From sequence record ON286972: DNA of 64,000 nucleotides. The stretch is one strand, 5' to 3'. The notes under the pieces are model-generated. The model made no database searches and was not told the origin of the DNA. It saw only the letters and a program-made list of their open reading frames with translations. Shown here one piece after another: positions 1 through 8,952 of this stretch. Positions within the stretch are counted from its first letter, which is position 1. Every line of letters starts with the position of its first letter. Made by a program: the position numbers and the translations under genes. The stretch is from Escherichia phage A4.

Positions 1-1439
1 TTATTAGCATTGTTAAAATTAGTTTCTTTATTAAACGTGGACACCGAGTTAACTGTTAATAAATTAGTTGAACTACCAGTTCCTAATATAGTATTACCTT
101 TAACGTTCAAATTACCATTAGTTGTAACATTTGAAACCGCCGTAACATCACCCGTTAAAGTACTAATACCATCAACTTCTAAGTTTCCATGTAATTTGGT
201 TACACCATTTTGCATTTCAACTTGTACTTTGTTCATAGAACTAAATGACAAAATATTATTTTCCCCACTAATACCAACATTTGTATTAGAATTATTAGCA
301 AAACGTAATGTTGGTGCGGTTGCGGGTGCAGTGGTGCTTTGATATAAATTCAAAGAACCGTTTGTTACTCGCACACGTTCAACACCTGCTGTGGTTAAAC
401 CAATAGCGGCATCTGCTGGGTGGAAAATACCAGTTTTTGTGTCAGTCCATTTACTTGGATCGTTTCCTGGGTTAGTATTTGGGTCATATGGAGCGTTATT
501 AAAGCCTATAGCTGGCTCTGTAGCACTACCATAAGTTACCCCTAGTCTTCCTTTGCCTATCAGTCCATCATCAACCATAGAGTCACCAGTGCGGCGTAAG
601 CCCTCTAATACGAGGTTATCTAAGGTAGTTTGAACTGTACCTGCGTTGGTACTGAATTGACGTTGACTACCAACCATGATAGTGTTATCATACAGTACTG
701 AAGAAGCTGAAATACTAGCTCTTGACTGACGTAGGCGAATGTTTTTAGTTTCAGTGATGATAATCCAGTCACTATCAGCTAATGCAGTTTGGCCTTGTGG
801 TGTTAAAGATGTATCAAACGGTGTAGTGATCGATTCATCTTGTGCCAAATTCACAAGACCTTCATGACCACTTGCTGGGATTGCAGTTGTTACAATACGA
901 GCAAATGCATAACTTACCAATTTTTTAGTTGGTTCAATTGGGTTTTGATCTATATAATATAGAATTTCAATCCAATCACCTTGACCAGTTGGGTTCACTG
1001 GTGTGAATTTAACTGGATTTGTTGTAGGGGTATTTTGTGTATAGTGCTCTTGTGCGGCATCCATAATACCACGAACTACATAATAATCACCATTCAAAGA
1101 AACTGATGGTGCAGGTAATGCAGCATAGGATGCGGGTGGGTTTGTATCATCTTCAATAGCATCATATGTACCAAGGAATTGCAATCCACTTGTTACAGAA
1201 TCTGGTAATTGAGATGACAATAGTTTACCATTTGCATCTAGGTTTGCAAAACGTCTATACGCAACTGAACCATCTTCAAATTCGAGAACACCTTCGAATG
1301 CTTTCCATTCAGTGTTGTATCGAATCATACCTGTACGCATTTGGTCTGCTGTTACTATCGTTGGGGCTTTTGGTAGTTCAAGGAAAGCTTTGCTATCTAT
1401 GATAACACCACCATCACCACGAATTCTATTAATTGACAT
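1..1439 (-). CDS. tail fibre protein, partial (C-terminus beyond window edge)
   Basis: Minus-strand frame open from ATG 1439-1437 (MSINRIRGDGGVIIDSKAFLELPK...) to position 1; absent from ORF track because no stop lies in the window. Thr/Asn/Gly-rich distal part resembles the 1845-aa fibre. Late-promoter-like motif upstream. Confidence 0.5.
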   Translation of the reverse strand, partial: MSINRIRGDGGVIIDSKAFLELPKAPTIVTADQMRTGMIRYNTEWKAFEGVLEFEDGSVAYRRFANLDANGKLLSSQLPDSVTSGLQFLGTYDAIEDDTNPPASYAALPAPSVSLNGDYYVVRGIMDAAQEHYTQNTPTTNPVKFTPVNPTGQGDWIEILYYIDQNPIEPTKKLVSYAFARIVTTAIPASGHEGLVNLAQDESITTPFDTSLTPQGQTALADSDWIIITETKNIRLRQSRASISASSVLYDNTIMVGSQRQFSTNAGTVQTTLDNLVLEGLRRTGDSMVDDGLIGKGRLGVTYGSATEPAIGFNNAPYDPNTNPGNDPSKWTDTKTGIFHPADAAIGLTTAGVERVRVTNGSLNLYQSTTAPATAPTLRFANNSNTNVGISGENNILSFSSMNKVQVEMQNGVTKLHGNLEVDGISTLTGDVTAVSNVTTNGNLNVKGNTILGTGSSTNLLTVNSVSTFNKETNFNNAN

Positions 1440-1460
1440 TATTGACTATCCTCATACAAT

Positions 1461-1476
1461 TATATCAAGTATTTAT
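1461..1476 (-). promoter_or_regulatory. late-promoter-like motif
   Basis: Minus-strand ATAAATACTTGATATA upstream of the partial fibre gene. Confidence 0.4.
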
Positions 1477-1478
1477 TT

Positions 1479-1512
1479 TAAGAAAAAGAAAAGGCCAACC
1501 ATAGTTGACCTT
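1479..1512 (-). terminator. rho-independent terminator
   Basis: 9-bp stem AAGGCCAAC/GTTGACCTT (one wobble) followed on the minus strand by a U-rich run. Confidence 0.5.
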
Positions 1513-1520
1513 AGTGTTTA

Positions 1521-2309
1521 TTAATTACGTACTGGGATCTTAGATTGATCTGGATATACAAAAGTTGCTGCTTTTTGTGCATCAAAAATAGTAGTTGCTG
1601 CATCAATTGCAGTTTGTTGTGCAGTTGCTGCATCAAAGTAACCGTCGATTTGTGCCAATAGACCATTGAAAATTTCAACCATCTCATCACCATCAACTGT
1701 TACAATCTCACCACTATCTAGATAGATATTAATAGTTTGGGAACCATTAATCGCTTGTGTATAATAGTTGTTTAACATCTGACGACCATTAACATCACTA
1801 GGGAATGTTACATCAACTGTTCCGTCAGCATTTTTATAATGATAACCACTATTAATTAAATTATCTCGTTCATATGCGGTTCTTTGCTTCAAATCAGCTT
1901 TAACATCAGCCAAATCCATATCAATGTAGGTTTGTGTTTTTACTGCTGTTAATGCTGCATATGGTGCTACTTCGGTTTCGTTAAATGTAACTACTGCATC
2001 ACCTTCAATTTTGCGATATTCAAGGTATTCACCCTTTGAATTTCTATCGCCAACAGATACATATTCTAACCACCAAAATCCTTCTTTCTTGCGAACTTCA
2101 TCAGCATTTTGTGGGATTACTGCATTTGGGGTTATTTTTATTCCATACAATGGTCTAATATCACTATATGTGTAATGATATTTACCATTAGGATCATTGG
2201 GTGGTTGTGGACTAAATGAAAGACCTTTTACATTTTTTGGATTTGAAATAATGCTTCCTAGTTTATAATCTGCTGTTGAACTACCACTTACATATGTAAA
2301 TTGAGCCAT
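1521..2309 (-). CDS. hypothetical protein in fibre locus (fibre accessory or distal subunit)
   Basis: 262-aa ORF between two fibre genes with hairpins on both sides; no motif recognised. Confidence 0.35.
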   Translation of the reverse strand: MAQFTYVSGSSTADYKLGSIISNPKNVKGLSFSPQPPNDPNGKYHYTYSDIRPLYGIKITPNAVIPQNADEVRKKEGFWWLEYVSVGDRNSKGEYLEYRKIEGDAVVTFNETEVAPYAALTAVKTQTYIDMDLADVKADLKQRTAYERDNLINSGYHYKNADGTVDVTFPSDVNGRQMLNNYYTQAINGSQTINIYLDSGEIVTVDGDEMVEIFNGLLAQIDGYFDAATAQQTAIDAATTIFDAQKAATFVYPDQSKIPVRN

Positions 2310-2346
2310 AATATTACCTCATTAAAAATTAAATTATTTACAAAGA

Positions 2347-2368
2347 GGTACAGGAAAAATCCTGTACC
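2347..2368 (-). terminator. intergenic hairpin (possible terminator)
   Basis: GGTACAGG-aaaaat-CCTGTACC between the two fibre genes; weak U-tract. Confidence 0.35.
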
Positions 2369-2380
2369 AATTATTTTATA

Positions 2381-5300
2381 TTAAGCAGTACGTTGAGCAA
2401 TAAACATATCTACTACTGGACTGTATCCATCATAAATCAACTGAACGATACTCACTCCACCTGGATTTGTGTTAATTTCACCACCAACGTTTGCATAAGT
2501 TCCGTCCCAATCAAAACTATGTCCACCAGTTGTATCTTGTGCGACATAGATATAATAAGAACCAGCTTTACCACTACCAATTAAACCAGTTATTGGTGTC
2601 ATCATTACGTTTTGATCTAGTGTTATATAATACACATTTGATAGACCATCTGGTGTCCAATTACCACCAACAGCAGCAGTACTTGCAGTAACTTTAGGTG
2701 ATGGAGTAACAGCATACTTTTTAGTAGTTACACTTTCAGTTACTAAATCAGCAATATCTGTATGTAGTGTACCTTCAATAGTTACATCTTTAGCAAATGT
2801 TGCATTTTCAGCAAATGAAGATGTACCAGTAACTGTGATTGCATCAGCAGACGCAGAACCTAGTGTTACAGCACCTTTAAGGTTAGTAGCACCAGTAATT
2901 GCTGCACCACCCGCAACTACATTGAAGCCACCCGCAGTGATTTCGATACCACCAGTACTAACAGTTAGTTTCTTACCGATAGTAACAACATCAGATAGTG
3001 TAGTTGCACCAGTAACTGCTAGAGTTGTGTTAATCTTAGCACTTGCCATAGTTGCTAGGCCAGAAGTTGTAATAGTTGCAGTAGTTACTGCACCAGACGC
3101 ACTAACGTTTGCACCAGACACATCACCAGTTGTGGTGATTGCACCATCACCAGCGTTGATAGTAGCACCATTAGTTGCAATACCACCTTTCAAAGTACTC
3201 AAACCTTCAGCAGTGATTGTTGAACCAACTGTTAGGGTTGTACCAGCAGCGATAAAGGTTGTAGAAGTTAGAGATTTAACTTCAACTGCACTTGCAGATT
3301 GGTCCAGTGTACCAATAATCTTACCACTAACAGTAAAGTCGCCAGTAGTTACTGCGTTACCATTAACAGTTAGGCTGTTAGCTGTTGAACCTTGTGCACC
3401 GAATGTTGCAGCACGTGCGTGCATATCTTCATCAGTAGTAATATCCTCAACTGCGTGAATTGTGGTATTAGAAGTTAATGAGTTCAGGGAAATATCCTGA
3501 CCAGCCAAATCTACTGAACCGTTAATATTACCAGCAACAAATAGGTTACTACCAATATAAGTATCACCAACAAATTGGATAGTTTCCGGTCTTGAACTAA
3601 CTTTAGGACCGATGATAATACCTTTCGCAGAAATATCAGCTTTAGGCATAGTCACAGTAGAAGCATCAGAGATGTTCACGGATGCACCATTAACAACCAA
3701 AGCACCACCAACAGTCAAACCAGTAGTTACCGCTGCACTACCAAATGTACCTTTACCAGTTGTGGTAATTGTAGTACCAGTAATGTCACCAGCAGCAGTG
3801 ATTGCGGTATTTGCACTAACAGCCAAACCACCAGTTAGAGTGCTTAGACCAGTAACTTCTAGTGTTTCTCTGGATTTCAAGCTTTTCGCATCAACTGGAG
3901 TAGTAGATAGATCCAATGTTCCAGGGTTTAGTGTTCCATTAATGGTAACATCACCAGAAACTGTTAGTGAACTGAGAGCAGCTTCACCAGCGGTTAGTTT
4001 TCCAGTTAGATTTGTAGTACCAGTAACAGCCAAAGCACCACCAGCACTTAGAGCACCAGTAACTTCCGCACTACTTAATGTAGCTTTACCACTTGTTGAA
4101 AGAGTAGTAGTGTTAGTACCACCATTTAGAGTTGAAACACCAGTAACAGTTAGTGTAGTACCAGCAGTTACAGAACCGAGTGCAGTTAAGTTAGCACTTG
4201 CATCAACACCTTCAACGTTTAGAACAGCAGAACCTAAGTTTAGGCTACCTTCAGGTGTAAATGCACCTTTAACAGTTAGGTCACCAGTAACAACTGCATC
4301 ACCTGAAACATCAACACTTGCTAGTGTTGCTTTACCAGAAGTTTGTAGAGTTGCGGATTGAACTTCACCAGTAGTTTTGATTAATGCAGAACCTGCATCA
4401 ACCCCACCAGATAGAGTACTTAGTCCAGTAACACCTAATGTTTCACCAATTGTCAAATAACCACCAACAGTTGCGTCATTATCAACTGCTACACCAACAC
4501 CAGTAGCACTTACTTGGATTGATTTAGAAGTAATTTTACCACCAACATCAACAGTACCATCAAAAGTTGCAGCACCTACAGTATGTAGGGTTGAACTTAG
4601 TGTAGTTGCACCAGAAATTGTTGGAGCACCAGTAATTGTACCAGTAGTTAGAATTAGGTCAGTACCAACAGTAGTACTTGTAGTACTTGCTAATGAGTTA
4701 GTTTCCAAATCAGCATTTGTGATAGTCAAGTTACCATCGATAGTAACGTCATTATCAACTTGTAGTGATTTAACAGTCAAATCAGTTGTACTAAAATCAA
4801 CGGAAGTTGCAGTGAAAGCACCTTCAACGTGCAAATCACCAGTAACATCTGTTGGTTTAGCTAGTGTTATTTTATCTCCAGCACTTGTGTATGAACCAGC
4901 ACTTACTGAACCATCAACCACTGCCGCAGCAGCAACTTTCAAGTTTCCAGAAGCAACAGTCAAGCCACCTTTAGCAGTAATACCACCGACGTTTACAGTT
5001 ACTGCGTTACCAAATGTTGAAGTACCAGTAACTTCAAGTGCACCAGAAACGGTCGCTTTACCACCGACTGTTGCATCACCAGTAACATTCAATTTACCAG
5101 CGGTTGCTTCAGTACTTGTTAGTTTTGGTAGAATACTTGGTTCAGTATTTTCAGTAACAGTAATAACACCAGAAGAAGTTAGTGATTTAACAGTTAGATC
5201 TGCCGCAGCAGCATTAATTGCACCATCAACAGTTAAGCTTCCACCAATGGTTGCACCTTCAGTTGTTGTTAATGATTTAGAACTGATATCAACTGGGCTT

Positions 5301-7918
5301 AAATCTAATCCACCTTCAGGTGTAAATGTACCTTTAACAGTTAAGTCACCATGTGCAACTGTATCATTTTCTAAATTAATACCATCGGTATTAACAATAG
5401 AAGGAGTAGTTACAGAAACAGCAGAAACAGCAGCCAATGTACTTTCACCAGTAACATTTAATGTAGAAATGTTTGCTGTAGTTACTGTTGCTGTACCAGT
5501 TGTACTGTTAGTTGTAGTAATATCAGTACTTTGTAATTTTGGTAGAATGTTAGTTCCAGTAGCATCATTACTAATCACAGGACCAGCACTAGTTAAAGAT
5601 TTAACACTTACATCTGCTGCACTTAAATCTACAGTACCATCAACAGTTAGGTTTCCACCTATATGTGCACTTTCAGATACATCAAGTGTTTTAACAGTTA
5701 CATCAGCCGCACTTAGGTCAATAACACCAGCCGTTAAAGTTCCAGTAACATTCAAATCACCACCAACTGATGCATTATGATCTACACTTAGACCAGTTCC
5801 GGTTCCGGTAATTTGTGCGGAAGCTGCGGTCACTTTAGTAGTTGCTGTGATATTTGGGGCAGAGATAGTACCGTCAGATTCAATTGAACCAGTTTCTAAT
5901 GCATCAGAACCAACACCAGTAACTTTACCAGTAACTTCAACTTTCAAGCCACTAAAGAGTGCGTTTCCACCAACACTTAGATTAGTTCCCACTGCAACTT
6001 CTTCAGTTGTGGTTACAGAATTAGGTAGAATGTCTAGACCATCAACGTTTGCTTTAATTGCAGCACCAGATAGTGTACCAGTAACGTTCAAATCTTTAAC
6101 AGTGGTTGTTTGACCAACAACTTCAAATAAACCATCAACTACCGTGTTACCAACCAATGTGGTAGTACCGTCAACTGTTAGGTTTCCAGATGCAGTTACG
6201 TCAACACCTTTAACATTACCAGATGCAGTTACATCTTTAGGAGTAATGTCTTGACCAGCTAGTGTAATACCAGTTGTAGTTCCAGTAACAGTCAAATCAG
6301 TTATAGTTGTGCCTTTTAGAACGGAATCCCCATCAACTGTTAGTGTACCAGAAGCATCTAGATTAACACCACTAATATTACCAGAAGCAGTTACATCTTT
6401 AGGTGTAATATCTTGACCAGAAATGTCAGGAACAAAACCAGTAACTGTACCAGTGAAATTAACGTCTTTGAATTGAGCCTTACCATCCACATCTAGAGTT
6501 AATGTATTTGGATCTTGTACCGCATTACCAGTTATTTTCAAATAATCAAATAGGTTCAAACCTTTTGCTGTAATACCGTAGGTAGATGCAGATACATCAC
6601 CAAATGTAGCAGTTTTCAGTACTGTTAGATTTGCTGGGGTCATTAATTCAGACTGTACTTCGTTTTGTAGAATTACAGTTGGGCGTAAACCAGGAGCAGT
6701 ATATGTAAAGTTAACTTTAGCATTCGTGTCTGCTACGTTTCCACCTAAAGTGACAGATTTTAAATTAGCATTCGCAGTTGAACCAACAATATTAGATTCT
6801 AGGTTTAATGCACCTTTTAGTGTAGTTAGTTTTTCAACAACTAAATTATCCGCAGTAATATCACTTAGTACAAAGTTACCTGATAGTGTTCCAGTAATAT
6901 CCAAATCACCAACAGTAGTTTTACCAGTAATATTAGTAGTTCCATCAACTTGTAGGTCAGTTAATTGTGTTTTACCTTTAGTTACACGTAGAATTGGTGT
7001 GGTTGGATCTTGTATTGAGTTACCAGAAAGTGTTAGGTAATCAAATAGGTTCAAACCTTTTGCGGTAATACCATTGGTTGCTGCTGATACATCACCAAAT
7101 GTAGCAGTTTTAAGTACTGTTAGATTTGCTGGAGTCATTAGCTCGGACTGTACTTCGTTTTGTAGAATTACAGTTGGGCGTAATCCTGGAGCAGTGTATG
7201 CAAAGCCTAGGCGTGCAGTCGAGTCCGCTGCATTAGAACCTAAAGATACAGCTTTTATGTTTGCTACAGTATTAGTACCAATGATGTTTGATTCTAGGGT
7301 TACAGCACCTTTTAATGTAGATAGTTTTTCAACAACTAAATTATCGGTATTAACATCCCCTAATGTGAAATCACCATCTAATTTACCAGTTACAGTTAGA
7401 TTCTCAACGGTTGCACCAGTTGCAGTAATATCAGTTGCTGATACAGTTGCAATGGTTGCTTCATTAGCAGTTAATTTATCAAAGCTTGCAGTGGTTGCTG
7501 CCGCAGCAGTGAGGTTACCATTTAATGTTGTTGTACCATTAACTTCTAATGCAGAAGTGGTGGTATCTTGAAAAATTGCTTTTCCTGATGTTTGTGTAAT
7601 ATCTTTGGCAAAAGTAGAAGTGCCATTAAAAGTAGCATTGGAATTAATAGTTGCTGTATCGGAACCAGCAGTAGTATTACCAATAACTGTATTGCCAAGT
7701 ACATCCATTCCACCCTTAAGTGACGCTTTGCCTGTAACATCGAGTGTTGTGTTGATTGTTGCTTGATCTACTGTAATTGCAGTGAAGGTAGCATCAGCGA
7801 AACTAACGGTCCCCTTAATGGTTACGTTTTTATCGAAGACCGCATTACCTTTAACTGATAATTCTTTACCAACATTAGTATTACCAGTTACTGCTAGATC
7901 TGTTTTTATCGAGTACAT
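2381..7918 (-). CDS. long tail fibre protein, highly repetitive
   Basis: 1845-aa ORF rich in Thr/Gly/Val/Ala with recurring LTVDG and DLTVKSL beta-strand-like repeats and two tandem ~165-aa repeats; GGAGGG Shine-Dalgarno before the ATG. Confidence 0.6.
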   Translation of the reverse strand: MYSIKTDLAVTGNTNVGKELSVKGNAVFDKNVTIKGTVSFADATFTAITVDQATINTTLDVTGKASLKGGMDVLGNTVIGNTTAGSDTATINSNATFNGTSTFAKDITQTSGKAIFQDTTTSALEVNGTTTLNGNLTAAAATTASFDKLTANEATIATVSATDITATGATVENLTVTGKLDGDFTLGDVNTDNLVVEKLSTLKGAVTLESNIIGTNTVANIKAVSLGSNAADSTARLGFAYTAPGLRPTVILQNEVQSELMTPANLTVLKTATFGDVSAATNGITAKGLNLFDYLTLSGNSIQDPTTPILRVTKGKTQLTDLQVDGTTNITGKTTVGDLDITGTLSGNFVLSDITADNLVVEKLTTLKGALNLESNIVGSTANANLKSVTLGGNVADTNAKVNFTYTAPGLRPTVILQNEVQSELMTPANLTVLKTATFGDVSASTYGITAKGLNLFDYLKITGNAVQDPNTLTLDVDGKAQFKDVNFTGTVTGFVPDISGQDITPKDVTASGNISGVNLDASGTLTVDGDSVLKGTTITDLTVTGTTTGITLAGQDITPKDVTASGNVKGVDVTASGNLTVDGTTTLVGNTVVDGLFEVVGQTTTVKDLNVTGTLSGAAIKANVDGLDILPNSVTTTEEVAVGTNLSVGGNALFSGLKVEVTGKVTGVGSDALETGSIESDGTISAPNITATTKVTAASAQITGTGTGLSVDHNASVGGDLNVTGTLTAGVIDLSAADVTVKTLDVSESAHIGGNLTVDGTVDLSAADVSVKSLTSAGPVISNDATGTNILPKLQSTDITTTNSTTGTATVTTANISTLNVTGESTLAAVSAVSVTTPSIVNTDGINLENDTVAHGDLTVKGTFTPEGGLDLSPVDISSKSLTTTEGATIGGSLTVDGAINAAAADLTVKSLTSSGVITVTENTEPSILPKLTSTEATAGKLNVTGDATVGGKATVSGALEVTGTSTFGNAVTVNVGGITAKGGLTVASGNLKVAAAAVVDGSVSAGSYTSAGDKITLAKPTDVTGDLHVEGAFTATSVDFSTTDLTVKSLQVDNDVTIDGNLTITNADLETNSLASTTSTTVGTDLILTTGTITGAPTISGATTLSSTLHTVGAATFDGTVDVGGKITSKSIQVSATGVGVAVDNDATVGGYLTIGETLGVTGLSTLSGGVDAGSALIKTTGEVQSATLQTSGKATLASVDVSGDAVVTGDLTVKGAFTPEGSLNLGSAVLNVEGVDASANLTALGSVTAGTTLTVTGVSTLNGGTNTTTLSTSGKATLSSAEVTGALSAGGALAVTGTTNLTGKLTAGEAALSSLTVSGDVTINGTLNPGTLDLSTTPVDAKSLKSRETLEVTGLSTLTGGLAVSANTAITAAGDITGTTITTTGKGTFGSAAVTTGLTVGGALVVNGASVNISDASTVTMPKADISAKGIIIGPKVSSRPETIQFVGDTYIGSNLFVAGNINGSVDLAGQDISLNSLTSNTTIHAVEDITTDEDMHARAATFGAQGSTANSLTVNGNAVTTGDFTVSGKIIGTLDQSASAVEVKSLTSTTFIAAGTTLTVGSTITAEGLSTLKGGIATNGATINAGDGAITTTGDVSGANVSASGAVTTATITTSGLATMASAKINTTLAVTGATTLSDVVTIGKKLTVSTGGIEITAGGFNVVAGGAAITGATNLKGAVTLGSASADAITVTGTSSFAENATFAKDVTIEGTLHTDIADLVTESVTTKKYAVTPSPKVTASTAAVGGNWTPDGLSNVYYITLDQNVMMTPITGLIGSGKAGSYYIYVAQDTTGGHSFDWDGTYANVGGEINTNPGGVSIVQLIYDGYSPVVDMFIAQRTA
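6404..7396. repeat. tandem intragenic duplication (2 x ~495 bp) in the long fibre gene
   Basis: DNA near 6541-6700 and 7041-7200 is near-identical; encodes two ~165-aa copies each containing TAPGLRPTVILQNEVQSELMTPANLTVLKTATFGDVSA. Confidence 0.7.
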
Positions 7919-7965
7919 TCATTTCCCTCCATTTGGGTAAAATTAAAATACTTATTAACTGTGTT

Positions 7966-7985
7966 AATATGTAATTATTTATTTG
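7966..7985 (-). promoter_or_regulatory. late-promoter-like motif (variant)
   Basis: Minus-strand CAAATAAATAATTACATATT upstream of the 1845-aa fibre gene. Confidence 0.3.
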
Positions 7986-7993
7986 TATATATG

Positions 7994-8025
7994 AAAAAGC
8001 CAGGCACTAAGACATCATACCTGGC
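7994..8025 (-). terminator. probable terminator
   Basis: GCCAGG...CCTGGC stem with large loop, then UUUUU on the minus strand. Confidence 0.4.
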
Positions 8026-8032
8026 ATAAATC

Positions 8033-8935
8033 TTATTTCCCAGCGATAACAATCTTACCACTGAATTGTTCATCAGATACAAAAGTAACATTACCATCTG
8101 TATCAATTTGTGTATCCACGAATACCAAATCAAACGGTGCAGATGCTGTTGAACCAGGTACATCATTACCATAGATTGCCACGTACAAAGAATCAGGACT
8201 TTGTTTATGTGTATCAGCAGTGACAGTGTAAGTGAATTTATCAGCAGCAGCAATCCAGTCTGCTTTGTTAATCAATTTTCCGTATGGGGTAGTCATAGCG
8301 GTTGCTCCTATAATATTAACTTTAACCTCAGTAATACCATCTGGGAGGCCAAGCATTTTAATTGTAATATCCCCAAATCCAGACACTGTAATTTCGGAAT
8401 TAACCACACTACGAATATTTGGATTACCGTCTGTTGGTGTATCTTCCATTTGAACTAAAATGTCACGACCACGGTCATGTTGTGATTCAGGAATGGTATA
8501 TGTATATTCATCGACTGTTCCAGGAATAAGAACAAATGCTGCAACAGGGACAGAGAATGAAGTTACATAAGGACTATCGGTTACTGGACCACCACCATTA
8601 AATGGTTTCCAAATCCCAAGGTCTTTAATATATATTTGAACGATGTTGGTTGCATCAACCATAAAATAAACATCACCATCAGTTCCTAGTGTATCAGCAG
8701 GAGCGATATCACCACGCAAAATACCACTTGCACCACTACCACCATGAGCATTAAAATATGCTAAGGTTACTAGGTGTGTGTTTGCGGTTGGGTCACCAGC
8801 AGAAACCGGAAGAAGTCTTGTTCCAGAATAATCTTGGATTTGCACAATATCACCATTTGTTGTGAATTGTGCACCATTTTTACCTAGAATAAATTTCTTC
8901 TTCAAAGTTCCTTCTAAATTAGAAAAAACTGCCAT
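8033..8935 (-). CDS. tail fibre / tailspike protein (short paralogue)
   Basis: 300-aa ORF; N-terminus MAVFSNLEGTLKKKFILGKNGA is near-identical to the N-terminus of the adjacent 723-aa protein. Confidence 0.5.
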   Translation of the reverse strand: MAVFSNLEGTLKKKFILGKNGAQFTTNGDIVQIQDYSGTRLLPVSAGDPTANTHLVTLAYFNAHGGSGASGILRGDIAPADTLGTDGDVYFMVDATNIVQIYIKDLGIWKPFNGGGPVTDSPYVTSFSVPVAAFVLIPGTVDEYTYTIPESQHDRGRDILVQMEDTPTDGNPNIRSVVNSEITVSGFGDITIKMLGLPDGITEVKVNIIGATAMTTPYGKLINKADWIAAADKFTYTVTADTHKQSPDSLYVAIYGNDVPGSTASAPFDLVFVDTQIDTDGNVTFVSDEQFSGKIVIAGK

Positions 8936-8952
8936 TTTGAAATATCTCCTTA

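Noticed and set aside
10-1524. Plus-strand ORFs 10-342, 1166-1402 and 1312-1524
   Set aside because: Antisense to the open minus-strand fibre frame that runs from 1439 to the window edge; no ribosome-binding sites.
2393-7571. Numerous plus-strand ORFs (e.g. 2835-3458, 3612-4361, 4719-5780, 7074-7571) inside the long fibre gene
   Set aside because: They lie antisense to a continuous 1845-aa ORF; their Pro/Val/Ala/Thr-rich translations are what the reverse complement of Thr/Gly/Val codons gives; no Shine-Dalgarno sequences. Shadow ORFs.
2381-7918. CRISPR array suggested by the repetitiveness of the fibre gene
   Set aside because: Repeats are 165-500 bp, in-frame and protein-coding, with no short repeat-spacer periodicity; no cas genes.
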